A stretch of 63,450 nt of DNA, the filler included. It is 13 parts of 13 records of this genome, joined end to end, with 100 filler letters (N's around TTAATTAATTAA, not from the genome) between each part and the next. Parts side by side here need not be neighbours in the genome. Positions count along the whole stretch, not along the records: positions 29,896 to 35,273 come from SRR7504441_56430; positions 35,374 to 39,528 come from SRR7504441_56431; positions 39,629 to 44,325 come from SRR7504441_56438; 10 more parts are not named here. One strand, written 5' to 3'. Made by a program: the position numbers and the translations under genes. Positions 32,703 to 44,425 of this stretch are shown one piece after another (the first letter of the stretch is position 1; every line of letters starts with the position of its first letter). The notes under the pieces were generated by a model. That model saw only the letters and a program-made list of their open reading frames with translations. It made no database searches and had not been told where the DNA came from.

Positions 32703-35273
32703 ATGGCGGGGGAGCCTTCAGGCATGGTCTCGGTCTCACTCGAGCCCAAACCGCCGGCGGCCCAAGTTGGAGTCTCCAAGCAGGGCGAAGCGGCCGGTGA
32801 TCAGTCTGGCGGGGCGGGGCGAGCCGGGGGCAGATGAGATGGCTTGGGTGGACGCTTACAAGGAGGGCACGTCGAGCGGCAACTACGACCCGGACTACAT
32901 CTTCGTCATGGTCTTCGAGTGGGAAGAGGCCTGGAGTGCCTGGCCTCTAGAGTCAGAGGCCGACTTCGCAGAGCGCAAGAAGGCGCATAAGGAGTATAGG
33001 ACCGAGCTGTGCAGCCGTCTGGTCCGGTGCGGGCTGCTGCTCAACAAGCACCTGTCGCGCGACCAGGACGAGTGCATTGTCAAGATCTCGGCCCCGCAGG
33101 CGCTGCTCGAGGAGATCGCCGAGGCCACAGAGCACAAGATCGTCCTCAAGACCGAATGCATCCAGGAGGTGATGGACCAGGCCGTCCAGGAGCAGGACAA
33201 GCAGCAGATCGCCAGCGGGTGCCGGCGCTGCCGGTCCTGGCTCAGACTGGGGCAGATTCACCAAGTTTAAGAAGGCTGATGCGGCGCGCGGTTTCTATTC
33301 AGCTAGCCTCGCACGACCAGCACCCGGGCAGTCGCCTCGGTCCACTCAGTCAGAGCTCGGGGGCTTTGTGTTCCGGTCCAAGGACGCGATGCAGCTCATC
33401 CTGCACAGGATGGAGATCCCCATCGAAGCGGGTGGGGCCAACGTGTGCCCTGGGATGGAGGTACGCGCAGGCAACATAGTCAAGTACGCCGCTGTGAGGC
33501 GGGCGGGGGGCTGATGGAGCGGGGCAGGTTTTTCCCTGTGCACCAGAAGGCCTCACTGAACCAGCTCCGTCAGGAATGGGCGAGCTTCAAGCTGATGTTC
33601 TGTGACGGACTGTGGCAGCCGATTAATCTAGTCCGAGACTACTTTGGAGCCGAAATAGCCATGTACTTCGCATACCTCGCGCTGTACTCCTGGTGGCTGC
33701 TCTGGCCGGCCATCATCGGAGCCGGAGTGTTCGCGTATCAGACAGTAATCGCAGATCACGACGCTCGGGGCGCCATCCTTGGATACGCATGCTTGATGAT
33801 CCTGTGGAGCACGGTGTTCCTCGAGCGCTGGAAGCGGGAGCAGATCAGCCTGGCCAACGAGTGGGGCACGCTCGGAGTGGAGCAGCAGGAGCGGGACCGG
33901 CCAGAGTTCATCGAGATGTCCACAGAGGTCAGAAACAAGTTCACGAACGAGGTCGATTACGAGTACCACTCGGGCAAGAAATGGAGCGGGTACCTGCTCA
34001 CTTGGGTGCTCCCGCTGTTCCTGATTCTGATAGCGCTGTGTGGGATTGTGGGCATATTCATGCTGAGGTACTGGCTCGAGGTAGAGCATGGGCTTGGGGT
34101 GCTCGCAGGGGTTGCCAACGGGGTCTGCATCAACGGATTCAACGAAGCGTACAAGGAGCTCGCGCTCTGCCTCACCAACATGGAGCCGCACCGGACCGAC
34201 ACGATGTTCCGGGACGCGCTGATCGCCAAGGTGTTTCTGTTCCAGTTCATCAATTCGTACTTCCCACTGTACTTGGTCGCCTTCATCAAGTCGAACGCGG
34301 TACCTCTGGGCGTGGACCGCTGGATCGGCGAGTGCAAGTGCACACAGTTCTCGCTGCTAAGCGGCGGGATCAGCTACGGATACACCAACTCGGACCAATG
34401 CATCGAGAGCGACCTGCACACAGACCCGCAGAGGTGCGAATGCGACACGCCAGACTGTGTCTATGAGCTTGCTTACCTGCTGCTCTCGATTTTCGGGGTC
34501 CAGCTGGTGATTGGGAACGTGCTGGAGTTCGTGGTGCCCTGGTTCCAGGCCAAGCTCGAGATTTGGGGCGAGGAGAAGATGATGGACCCCAGGTTTGCGG
34601 GCAAGGAGCTCACTGTTGCGGAGGCAGAGGCCAAACTGCACTACTACGAGCGGCTGGAGATATTCAACGATTACAACGAGATGATCCTGCAGCTCGGTTA
34701 CATCACTCTTTTCTCGCCAGTGTTTCCTATAGTGGCGCTGATGGGTTTGGTCAACAATCTGGTCGAGCTGCGATCCGACTCCAACAAGCTGTGCCAGGTC
34801 TACCAACGGCCTCTGGCAATCGCGGTGGAGGACATCGGAACCTGGGAAACAATCATCGAAATCATGACCTTCATCTCAGTGGCCACCAACTGCGCGCTGG
34901 TTTGGTTTGTTACCGATTTTGGCAAGCAGTACCCGATGAAGACTCAGATTTGGGGGTTTGTGATCTCGGAGCACGTGTTCCTGCTCATTAAGGTTTGGGT
35001 CGCCTGGGCCATCCCGGATGTTCCCGAGGCGGTGCAGCAGCGGATTGAAGCTCAGGACAAGCTCACTACTCGGGCGCTCAAGCAAGAGCTTGTTGACGAG
35101 TATCACCCAGACCAAGACCCGTTCTTCAGGTGCGGGCATCTCTGTGCCAAACAGCTGATTTCATGTGTGTTCCAGGCCGGACTTGCAAGATGATGACATC
35201 TACGCAGAGGCAGACCCTGCCGACATGGGGCTGCCTGTCCAGAAGCTTCAGATGAACGAGAATCCTATGGTAT
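32703..35273 (+). CDS. Anoctamin/TMEM16 channel-scramblase, 3' end cut
   Basis: QPINLVRDYFGAEIAMYFAYL, FLERWKR, EPHRT, KVFLFQFINSY, DYNEMILQLGYITLFSPVFP, NNLVELRSD, DIGTW, IPDVP. Confidence 0.95.
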
Positions 35274-35484
35274 NNNNNNNNNNNNNNNNNNNNNNNNNNN
35301 NNNNNNNNNNNNNNNNNTTAATTAATTAANNNNNNNNNNNNNNNNNNNNNNNNNNNNNNNNNNNNNNNNNNNNCGGGACTGGTTCGTGATGCTGCTAGGA
35401 GTGCAGCTGTCTCTAACGGATCCAAAAGGCTCGGACGTGTCGCAGGGCCGCGTCGCACAACCAAGCAGAAGCGAAGCGACAGCA

Positions 35485-37160
35485 ATGCCTCCGTTCCCAC
35501 TGACGAGCGAGCGGCCCAAGAACGTGGGGATCCACGCGATGGAGGTGTACTTCCCCAAGACGGCAGTGCGACAGTCCGACCTGGAGCAGCACGCCGGAGT
35601 GTCCAAGGGCAAGTTCACCATCGGACTGGGCCAGCAGACCATGGCGTTCGCCTCCAGCGAGGAGGACATCAACTCGATCATGATGACCGCGATGCAGTCG
35701 CTGTTCGAAAAGTACGAGGTCGGGCCTCTGGACATCGGCCGGCTGGAGGTGGGCACCGAGACTCTGATCGACAAGTCCAAGAGCGTCAAGACCACCCTGT
35801 GCCAGCTGCTCAGCTCGCACGGCAACTTCGACGTCGAGGGCGTCGACAACATCAACGCCTGCTACGGTGCCGCCCGGGCCGACCGGCCGGCCAGTCGGCG
35901 CGGGCAGGCGGAACTGCCGCGCTGCTGAACACGGTTTCCTGGGTGGAGTCGTCGGCGTACGACGGCCGTTACGGACTGGTGGTGTGCGGTGACATCGCAG
36001 TGTACGAGGAGGGCCCGGCTCGGCCGACTGGGGGCTGCGCGGCTGTGGCGATGCTGGTCGGGCCAGATGCTCCTATTCACCTCACTGGCGCCCGCGCTTC
36101 ACACATGGGTGCGTGCCGGCTCAGCTGCGACTGAGGCTCTCGGGCTGCAGAGGACGCGTACGACTTCTACAAGCCCAACCTGGACAGCGAGTATCCTGTG
36201 GTCTTTGGACACGACAGCAACATCTGCTACATGCGCGCACTCGACGGCTGCTACCGTCGGTTCGCAACTAAGTACGAGAGGGAATACCAGGAGGCGTTCA
36301 CGCTGGCCTCGGTGGACCACGTCATCCTGCACTCGCCGTACAACAAGCTCGTGAAGAAGAGCGGGGCTCGTATGCTGTAAGCTCTGCGGCTGGTGGGCGC
36401 ACTCAAGCCGGGGCAGATATAACGATTTCATGCGCTACCCCGAGCTGCCCATCTTCAAAGCCGAGCAGGACCAGACCGTGCTCCGCAAGTTCCTGGATAT
36501 CCCACTCGAGGAGACCATCGGTAACAAGGAGGTTGAGACCACTTTTGCTGCGCTCGCCCGCCCCATGTACAGCGGAAAGGTTGAAGTCGGCACCCGTCTG
36601 CCTTCGGAACTCGGGTGCCTCCCCGTGTGAGGGCCACGGCTGAGCGGCAATTTCACAGGAATTCGTACACGGCCAACTGCTACACTGGCCTTGTCTCGTT
36701 GATTGACGGTCTAGAGGATTCTCTCCACCGATCGGTGAGCTGCTCCCTCCGATCATGCTGAGCTGACTGTGCGGTGCAGATCGGTAAGCGCGTGCTCATG
36801 TTTTCTTACGGCTCTGGGCTGGCGGCCACCATGTTCATGCTGCACATCCGTGGGGACATCAGCCACATTGCTCGCGTGGTCGATCTGAAGAATCGGCTGC
36901 CCAAGCGCACCTTTGCGACCCCGGAGCAATACTCGCAGGCAATGCTCGAGCGAGAGAAGAGGTACAACCAGAAGGGATACACCAACCCAGAGCCACCGGC
37001 CGGCAAGCTGTTCCCGGGGACCTTCTATTTGGCCACCAACGATGAGTTTGGCCGGCGGAGCTACCGGAGAGTGGGGCACGAGGACGAGGTGGTGATGTCG
37101 CACGGTACCGCTAAGCGAGATCCTGGAATTGTAATGGCCAACACAACGAGCAAGCTGTAG
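35485..37160 (+). CDS. HMGS: Hydroxymethylglutaryl-CoA synthase, 5 introns
   Basis: [45 protein letters not shown] (catalytic Cys), [29 protein letters not shown]. Confidence 0.97.
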
Positions 37161-37449
37161 CCGCTGGGCTGGGCTCCGATAGATCTCCTAATTAACGCGC
37201 CTTTGCGTACTTGCTTTGTTACTGCCCTCTACTGTACAGTACCGGTAGATGACATGGCACCCCGAGGTTGTTACGACAGTTCGGCAGTTGCCTTCAGGAA
37301 ATGATATACAATGCGCTCTAGAGTAAAGGATCTTGAAAATGATATACTTTAACGACTTGAGATTGTCTCTTAGTCACCTTGTCTTCCATGAGCCAGATTC
37401 TACAAGCATAACAATGAATCTACATACGAGTTCGTACAGCTTAGACAGC

Positions 37450-39450
37450 TTAGAGCGAGCGCGTGAACAACGGCAGGACACTGATCGGCGCATCCACCGT
37501 CTTCCATTGCCCGCCCGGAATCACTTCTCCGGTCCAAAAGTCTGACCAGACTGCGCCCTTCGGAAAGTAAAGCCGGCGCTCGACGGCGCCTTGCTCCACC
37601 ACAGGGGCCACCAAGTACTTTGGCCCGAGCAGGAACTGGTCTTTGATCCCCAAGCACTCGTCGTCCAGCGGGAACTCGAATGACAGCGAGCGCATGGTGA
37701 CCGCTCCGTACTTGGTTACGTTTCGAGCCAGCTCGAGGAGATAAGGCCGGAGCAGCACGTTCCTCAGGTGAATGTACTTGAGCAGCACAGGCTGGACGGA
37801 CTCGCCATAGCTCCACACCTCGTTAGGCCCACACGCGCCGTTCGGGCCTTGTCCTTTCAGGCAGTAGCTCGTGTTGGGCAAGCTGGGCGGGATGATAGGA
37901 GAAGACCCGGCACGGCAGCCGTGAGTCCTGAATATGGGGCAGAGCGCTCCAAATTGGTACCATCTCTGGATCAGCTCCTGCATGTACGGCGAGGAGTTGT
38001 TGTAAGGGGAGGTCGGGCAACCGAACCCGCCCACGTCGGTGGTCCACCAGGGCACCCCGGAAAGCCCGGCCGCGATCCCCTCGGGCACCTGAGCCTTGAG
38101 CTCATCCCAGGTCGACATGATATCGCTGCTCCAGAGCACAGCACCGTGCCGCTGCGCCCCCAGCCAGTACCCGCGGGTGAGGATCAGCGGCCGGATCCCT
38201 TCCGATTTGAGCCCGTCGGCGAAGGTCTGGAGCCATGTGTTGAGCCACCAGCGGCCGCACGAGCTCGCAGAGCCGCAGTGCAGTTTATCTTTCATAAAGT
38301 CAGTCTCGTCCAGCCAGAAGGCGTGCACCCCTTGGTCCACATAATTAGGCTTGATGTAACGGCTCCACATCAGCTCCCGACAGGCCGCGCTGGTAGGGTC
38401 TACAAATGACCCTCCGTACCCAGGCACCCCGCCAGCGATGCATTTGTTCTCTGCCATCACCGCGTGCGAGATTGAAGACTGCTCCACATTCGGCCACAGA
38501 CTGACCATCGTCTGGGCACCAGTACTTCCGCGGATCGTCTGCACCATCTGCGAGACGTTGGGGTAGCACTCCGGGTTCATCTTGAAATCTCCGTTTACTT
38601 TCTGATTGAAGAAATCAATAACAAAAACACCTACACTTACATTGAGCTTGCCATACCCAGCAGCAACGCTCTCGGCCTCGGCGCTCGTCCGGTACCGCAG
38701 CCGGCACTGCCAGAACAGCGTGGCCGTGTCTGGGAGCAGCGGAGCGTGCCCTGTGGCGTCTGCGTAGTGCCGGTAGAGGCTGTCGAGCCTGCCTGGCGGC
38801 GCGTCGGCGACCGTGGTCGTCACAAGCAAGTCGAGCTGTACCGTGTCGTTGACCTGCCACTCGGAGCCTCCGACCGCCGGGACGCTCACCGCGCCGCTGC
38901 CCGGGTGGTTCACCATCAGCCCGTACCCGCGCGACGAGACCAGCCACGGAATGGACACCTTGAACTTGCCAGTGGACAGGTCAAAACTCTGGTTGTTCCG
39001 TATCAACGCGAGCCCCCGCTGCTGCCCGTCCACTGGGCAGCCGTGCGCCGGTCCGCCTTCGATCTGGCCCAGCCCGTATATGTATTCCTTCTCGGGCGGT
39101 CGGACGATCAGACTAGCCCCGGGCAGAGAGCCGTTCAGCCTCTGCAGCTGGGCGGTGAAGAGGCTGGCCCCATCGCTCTGCCGGCTGACCAGCAGGCCAG
39201 CGTCTGTGATCTCCGCCCGCAGGTTGCCGCTGCTCACCGCCCGGCCAGGCAGCGCACGCTGGCCGCACGAGGCTCCGAGCGCCCCGGGCAGCTCGTCTGA
39301 GATAGGGCCGCCGGCCGGGCGCCACCGGAGCCGGATCGAGTGGTTGCACCAGGGCTCCAGCTGCACTGTCCCGGGCCAGCCGCGGGCCAGCCCCAGCACG
39401 CAGCACAGGAGCCAGCGGCTTCGCTGCATCTCTCCCGAAACTGAAGCCAT
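37450..39450 (-). CDS. Secreted GH31 glycosidase (alpha-xylosidase-like), intronless
   Basis: Signal peptide; IPWLVSSRGYG, TGHAP, FWQCRLRY, FWLDETD, WSSDI, WWTTDVGGF, RWYQFG, FRTHG, DQFLLG. Confidence 0.93.
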   Translation of the reverse strand: MASVSGEMQRSRWLLCCVLGLARGWPGTVQLEPWCNHSIRLRWRPAGGPISDELPGALGASCGQRALPGRAVSSGNLRAEITDAGLLVSRQSDGASLFTAQLQRLNGSLPGASLIVRPPEKEYIYGLGQIEGGPAHGCPVDGQQRGLALIRNNQSFDLSTGKFKVSIPWLVSSRGYGLMVNHPGSGAVSVPAVGGSEWQVNDTVQLDLLVTTTVADAPPGRLDSLYRHYADATGHAPLLPDTATLFWQCRLRYRTSAEAESVAAGYGKLNVSVGVFVIDFFNQKVNGDFKMNPECYPNVSQMVQTIRGSTGAQTMVSLWPNVEQSSISHAVMAENKCIAGGVPGYGGSFVDPTSAACRELMWSRYIKPNYVDQGVHAFWLDETDFMKDKLHCGSASSCGRWWLNTWLQTFADGLKSEGIRPLILTRGYWLGAQRHGAVLWSSDIMSTWDELKAQVPEGIAAGLSGVPWWTTDVGGFGCPTSPYNNSSPYMQELIQRWYQFGALCPIFRTHGCRAGSSPIIPPSLPNTSYCLKGQGPNGACGPNEVWSYGESVQPVLLKYIHLRNVLLRPYLLELARNVTKYGAVTMRSLSFEFPLDDECLGIKDQFLLGPKYLVAPVVEQGAVERRLYFPKGAVWSDFWTGEVIPGGQWKTVDAPISVLPLFTRSL

Positions 39451-39628
39451 AACGGACCTAGATCTGCTGGACAGACGCTAACGCCGAGCAGCCCGTCGCT
39501 CCGCCCGCCGAGCTGGCCCCGCCCACTGNNNNNNNNNNNNNNNNNNNNNNNNNNNNNNNNNNNNNNNNNNNNTTAATTAATTAANNNNNNNNNNNNNNNN
39601 NNNNNNNNNNNNNNNNNNNNNNNNNNNN

Positions 39629-39880
39629 GGGGGGGGGGGGGGCGAGCCGGGGGCAGTGCACTGGCCGGAGCTCTTCACGCCGCTGTGCGAGACTCTGGGC
39701 GAGGTGGTAGGCCCAGGGACCGAGTGCCTGATCAGCTACGAGGAGCGGAACAGCCAGGTCGAGGCGGCCTTCTTCAAAGAGCTCAACGGCCGGTTTCGAG
39801 TGGAGGAGGTGCCTGAGGAGCAGCTCGAGCCGCAGTACCGCGCTGACGAGATCCACATCTTCCGAGTGACCCACGCCTGA
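39629..39880 (+). CDS. METTL21-like (family 16) lysine methyltransferase, C-terminal fragment
   Basis: LFTPLCETL..CLISYEERN..FFKELNGRFRVEEVPEEQLEPQY..IHIF. Confidence 0.7.
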   Translation, partial: GGGGGEPGAVHWPELFTPLCETLGEVVGPGTECLISYEERNSQVEAAFFKELNGRFRVEEVPEEQLEPQYRADEIHIFRVTHA

Positions 39881-39976
39881 TCAATCGTGTTATCCGTTAA
39901 ACCGGTATTTAATGTTGGATATTCTTTCATGGTCAGCTGCAAATCTCTGATACCGGCAGCAACTTACCTCATCCGA

Positions 39977-40800
39977 TTACTTCTCGACATTTGCAAGAAA
40001 GCGCTTCGCCTTCGCGCCGCGAATCCCGACACTCTCCAAGTCCTCCGATGTAAGAAAAGGCAAGTCCGCTGGCTCCGTCACTCCGAGCTGGTCTTGAAAC
40101 TGGCGCTCCCATCTCTCAGGATCCAGCCCTAGCCTGTACAGCGCGGTGCCCAATTCGGAGCCCTCGAGAGGCGGCTCATCGTCACTCTCCAACGAGTCCA
40201 GTGAGCACGCCTCGGACGAGTCGATCGGGACTACTGTAACCGTGCTCAGGAAATCGTGCTCCACACGAGCCAAGTCGGCCGCGGCCCAGTTGGTCGCTGT
40301 GAAGTCGCCGTGGAATTCGAGAGGCATCGCGTCGCGCTCGCTGTAGACTGCGCGCAGCCAGGAGCCGTCGGTAGTGAACGATATCCACTTGCCTTCCTCG
40401 CCCGGCCACATGTTGGCCATTTTGAACGTGTTGACTGACGGGTCCATGTTGGGCACTCGCTTCAGCCTCACAGGCATTGCGTGATCACGGTCCGTGCAGC
40501 TGGCATACAGCCACTTGTCTCCTTCGTTGAACGTGATCCAGTTGTTCTCGGCCCCCGCGTCCTGGGCACCGCTGTACTTGTTTTGCATCAAATAGACGCC
40601 CGGTGCGACCTTGTGGAATTTAACCGGCATTGCAGACCGGTTATCGTACTGCATCCGCAGCGCCAAGTCCGTGGTCCTGAAGCTCATGAACAGCCTGCCC
40701 CAGCCCTGACCCAGTCAACCAGCAATAGTGCGCACCTGTCGCTCCCGGGGTAGGCGTTCTGCAGCTTGTAGCATTGGCCGTCCTTTACGACCCCAGGCAT
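39977..40800 (-). CDS. Three-repeat (beta-trefoil-like) domain plus C-terminal SAM domain, 1 intron
   Basis: Three units of the form (Y/F)x(L/M)xN...(W/F)(I/M)(S/T)F...L....AMP(V/L)x(F/L); SAM-like LYRLGL..WERQF..DLPFLTSEDLESVGI. Confidence 0.65.
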
Positions 40801-40872
40801 GCTCGCAACTCCGCACCGGTCGTCGAGTAAAAATAACGGAATTGCATCGAGCGGGTAGCGGGCGTAGGGGGT

Positions 40873-42576
40873 ATGATGAAGTGGATCCTCGTGTTGGCCG
40901 TGCTCGGGACAACGGGAGCCGCTGGGCCGCCGCCGCTCCAGCGAATGCCGCAGGTGCACTTCACCCCTCCGTGCTACCGAGCGGCGTCGCCTCCGCATGA
41001 CATAGCGGCGGCGCTGTGGGATCCGTCAACTGGGACCTACACCGTGATGCCCGGGTGCTGGCACGCCAGGCCGGGCGGGTGGCAGCAGCTGGCCACCAAG
41101 GACCTGGTCTCCTACGACCTGATCGGGCTGCCCAGGCCGCTGGGCGGGTCCGGCGGGCTGCTGATAGACCAGGCCGGGGACATGGTGGCATACTCCGGCT
41201 CGGTCTCCTTCTGGCGAGCGAACGCCTCCCAGTTCTACTTGCCCACCGACAGCTGGAAGCAGGAGCCTGGATTTGCCCAGCCGGGCGGCGGTGACCCGGT
41301 GATTTGGCTGGACGAACGGGACGGGCGGTACTACGCGATCACCGCCAATGGCCGCGGCGGGGCAGCGGCCAACCCGGGAGGGACGGGACTCGAGCCGATC
41401 TGGAGCTCGCCCGCGCTGTACGGCAATCGATCAGACTGGCGGCCGCTGCCGGGCCCATTCCTGCGGATCAGGGAGACGTTGATCGACCGGGTCGGCAATT
41501 GGACCCGGCCGCGCGAGTTTGTGACGCCTGACTTCTTCCCGCTGGGCGAGCCGAGCGACGCCCCGGCCTGGGTGTTCCTGACTACCGACTATGGCCGCTG
41601 CGGCTCGACCATGGGTGCCGACTTGCCAGGATGCGGGCACGGGCAGCCATCCAACTTCAGCCGCACGTTTGATTATGCCTCGTACTATATTGGCCCGAGA
41701 CCTGACCCAGGAAAGCCGTTTGTTCCTCAGACATTAGCCGCCGGAGTGTGGGACTGGAGCCCGTTCGTGCCGGCAGCCGACGGTGGCAACGGCCTGGCTT
41801 TCGCTACGTCAAAGGGGATGGAGCAATTCGGGTGCTGCCCCAAGACCTCGGCAGGTCCAAACGGACGGCGTGTTCTGTTCGGCTGGATCAACAACGGGTG
41901 GGATCAAGGGCCTCCCGAGCCGCACGGGCTCGAACCGGACCGGCCGCGCCCGGGCCCCGGTGCCTGGCTCACAAACAACACGATGTCGCTCCCGCGCGAC
42001 CTCTCGTATGCCGGCAGCGGGATTGTGGCCCAGGCTTTCGCCCCCGAGCTGCAGAAGCTGCGGCGTGGTCACACGTCCATCCAGGATGTGGGTCTGGATC
42101 ACACTGTGGAGCAGCCGCTCTTCTTGCCGGGCTCAGCGTTTGGGCCTCAGCTCGAGATTCTCGCGACTTTCCAGTTTCGACCGGGCAACTTGACTGCTGA
42201 TCGGTTTGGGCTGCTGGTCCTGGCCAGCAACGCTTCGGCAAACTTGCCAGCTGAGCGGACCGCGATTGGCTTCGATATGCAGCGCACGATGGTGTTGTTG
42301 GATCGGACCCATTCAGGCGCCAATTTGGACGCCGATGTGCGGGCGGGGCCGCTCCCAGCCGCCAAGGTGGGCGCCGACGGCTCACGCCAGATTTCTGTTC
42401 ATATTTATGTTGATCACGCGGTAGTGAGCCTTATTGCGGCCAACCAGACTGCAATCAGCGCGTGGGTCGCGCCGCAACGGGCCGAGTCAATCGGGGTTGC
42501 TGCATTCGGGGGGAGCGGTGTTTCTGCTAGCGTGCAGGTGTGGCAACTTTCGACTCCTAGCCATCGCCGGATTTAG
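40873..42576 (+). CDS. Secreted GH32-like glycosidase with altered catalytic motifs, intronless
   Basis: VHFTPP, TKDLV, SGG, GGDP, PDFFPLG, GRRVLFGWI, MSLPRDL, PELQKLR, LDRTHSG, IYVDHAVV. Confidence 0.8.
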   Translation: MMKWILVLAVLGTTGAAGPPPLQRMPQVHFTPPCYRAASPPHDIAAALWDPSTGTYTVMPGCWHARPGGWQQLATKDLVSYDLIGLPRPLGGSGGLLIDQAGDMVAYSGSVSFWRANASQFYLPTDSWKQEPGFAQPGGGDPVIWLDERDGRYYAITANGRGGAAANPGGTGLEPIWSSPALYGNRSDWRPLPGPFLRIRETLIDRVGNWTRPREFVTPDFFPLGEPSDAPAWVFLTTDYGRCGSTMGADLPGCGHGQPSNFSRTFDYASYYIGPRPDPGKPFVPQTLAAGVWDWSPFVPAADGGNGLAFATSKGMEQFGCCPKTSAGPNGRRVLFGWINNGWDQGPPEPHGLEPDRPRPGPGAWLTNNTMSLPRDLSYAGSGIVAQAFAPELQKLRRGHTSIQDVGLDHTVEQPLFLPGSAFGPQLEILATFQFRPGNLTADRFGLLVLASNASANLPAERTAIGFDMQRTMVLLDRTHSGANLDADVRAGPLPAAKVGADGSRQISVHIYVDHAVVSLIAANQTAISAWVAPQRAESIGVAAFGGSGVSASVQVWQLSTPSHRRI

Positions 42577-42654
42577 CGCAAACTAAAAATGTTTATAGCA
42601 GACCGGGAGGTAAGTACTATTCGTATTTCACTAGTTAATTGACTGTTTGAAAGC

Positions 42655-44199
42655 TCAGCTCAGCCCGGAGTGCTGGGCCTCGGTCGGTGTGAGCTGATCC
42701 GATTCGGTCGACTCGGGTTCAACCGGCGCCTCCTCTGGCACGCTCTCCGGCAGCCCAGACGGGGGAGCCCAGTGCCGCAGCCGGTGCGCCCCGAGCAGCG
42801 TGCCACGGGCCTTCTTCCACAGCCGGGTCCGGCCCGGGTGCAGCCCAGTTGGTTGCATCTCCATCGAGGGCTGGATGCTCGACTCGCGCATCCTCGTGTC
42901 CCATTCGGGCCTAGCCGCCCGGTGAGCCCCCCGGCCACCGGCGGGACTCACGCAATGCTGCGCGCCCGGAAAAGCTGCCCGGAGCTCGAGGGCTGCTCTC
43001 CGGGCACTGGGTCGTCGAATGAGCTGCTCGAGGTGCTGCTGGCCAGCGAGCCGGAACCCCTCCGCCGGTGAAACCTGCCCATGGTTGGCGGATGGCGGGC
43101 GGCGGGCGGTGACCGGCTCTCAGTGCTGAGCACCTCGGAGAGCGTGCCGCTGGACCAGACCTCGATGTCGTCTAGGCATCGGTCGAGCTCGCCCTCCACG
43201 TCCAGGTCGATCGAAGAATCGTCACCTGCTGCTCGTGAGCCGCACCAGCCAGGGAGACGGACCGAACGGGCACTCAATCAGGGATCCTATTGAGTCCACA
43301 GAGAAGACCAGCACGCCGAGCATGTAGGCGGCCAGCGGGGTGAACCAGCTGACCTCAGGCTGAGTCGGCCGCCAGCCAGGCGGGCACCGGAAGAAGGGGC
43401 AGAAGGCGAACGGTGCGACCGCTGTGTAGACCATGAGCGTCAGCTTCATCAACTGGGCGTACTGGAACGGGACTGGCACGAACCTGTGGAAGCAGACCGA
43501 CTGGAACGCGTCGAGATAATGGGTGATAGAGCTGTCGAGCGGTATCATCGCCACTGGGTGCGCGAGCAGGCCGGACTTGAGCATGTCTGTGAGCCTCAGC
43601 CGCATCCAGAAGGCGACTACCATCGGGCGCTTCTCAACAGTACTGAGCACCTGCATCTCGTGCTTGGTTATCAGCCCGTCCTCCAGCAGCGAGCGCAGCC
43701 CGTCCTCGGACTCCTCCTTGATGTGCTGCTTGATCGTGATGCTGCCCCCAGCTGACCAGCACCCGGCAGCCCACACACCACATGAGCACGCACAGCCGCA
43801 TCAGCTGGCGCAGCCCGCACGCTTCGCCATCGCCCTTGGGCACGTAGCAGCAGATCTGGGTGCTGCCCCGGCCGTGAGTCTGCCGGGGTCCGGCCGGCAC
43901 CCGATGTCGTGCGCCCGAGTGATCATTGTGTTGAACGCTGTGACGCTCTTGATGTAGGCCTCGTAGCTGGCGTTGGTCCGGAACACCAGCAGCAGCGAGA
44001 CCAGCAGGGTGGTGTACGCGTGCAGGTCCAGGTCGCCGTACCCGGACAGGTCCACGTGCGTCTCGCTCAGGTAGGAGGCCAGCCCCCCAAACCCGGCGGC
44101 CACCAGCGCCGGCAGCTGGACCTGCAGCCGCCACAGGACCGCGTCCTGGCACTGGCACATGATCCAGAACAGGTTCCGCCGCCGGTCGTACAGCTTCAT
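42655..44199 (-). CDS. Bestrophin-family anion channel (bacterial/plant type), multi-exon
   Basis: LLLVFRTNASY, PVPFQYAQL, IGSLIECPFG. Confidence 0.88.
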
Positions 44200-44425
44200 C
44201 GCGCCCCAACCCCGCGGTGTCAGCCCCCTTGCGGGCTGGCTGTTCGCTCCGCAATCGCAGCCGGCGACAATTCCGCGGAAGAGGCGAGATTCCGGGTAGG
44301 GATCAACGTAACTCACCGTCTGAGGNNNNNNNNNNNNNNNNNNNNNNNNNNNNNNNNNNNNNNNNNNNNTTAATTAATTAANNNNNNNNNNNNNNNNNNN
44401 NNNNNNNNNNNNNNNNNNNNNNNNN

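Noticed and set aside
35485-37160. Taxonomic assignment from HMG-CoA synthase, GC-AG introns and gene content
   Set aside because: Suggestive only; there is no rRNA or diagnostic marker in the window
39629-39643. Poly-G runs at contig starts (also 29896, 60014)
   Set aside because: Likely assembly break points at G homopolymers; no evidence for telomeric or functional repeats
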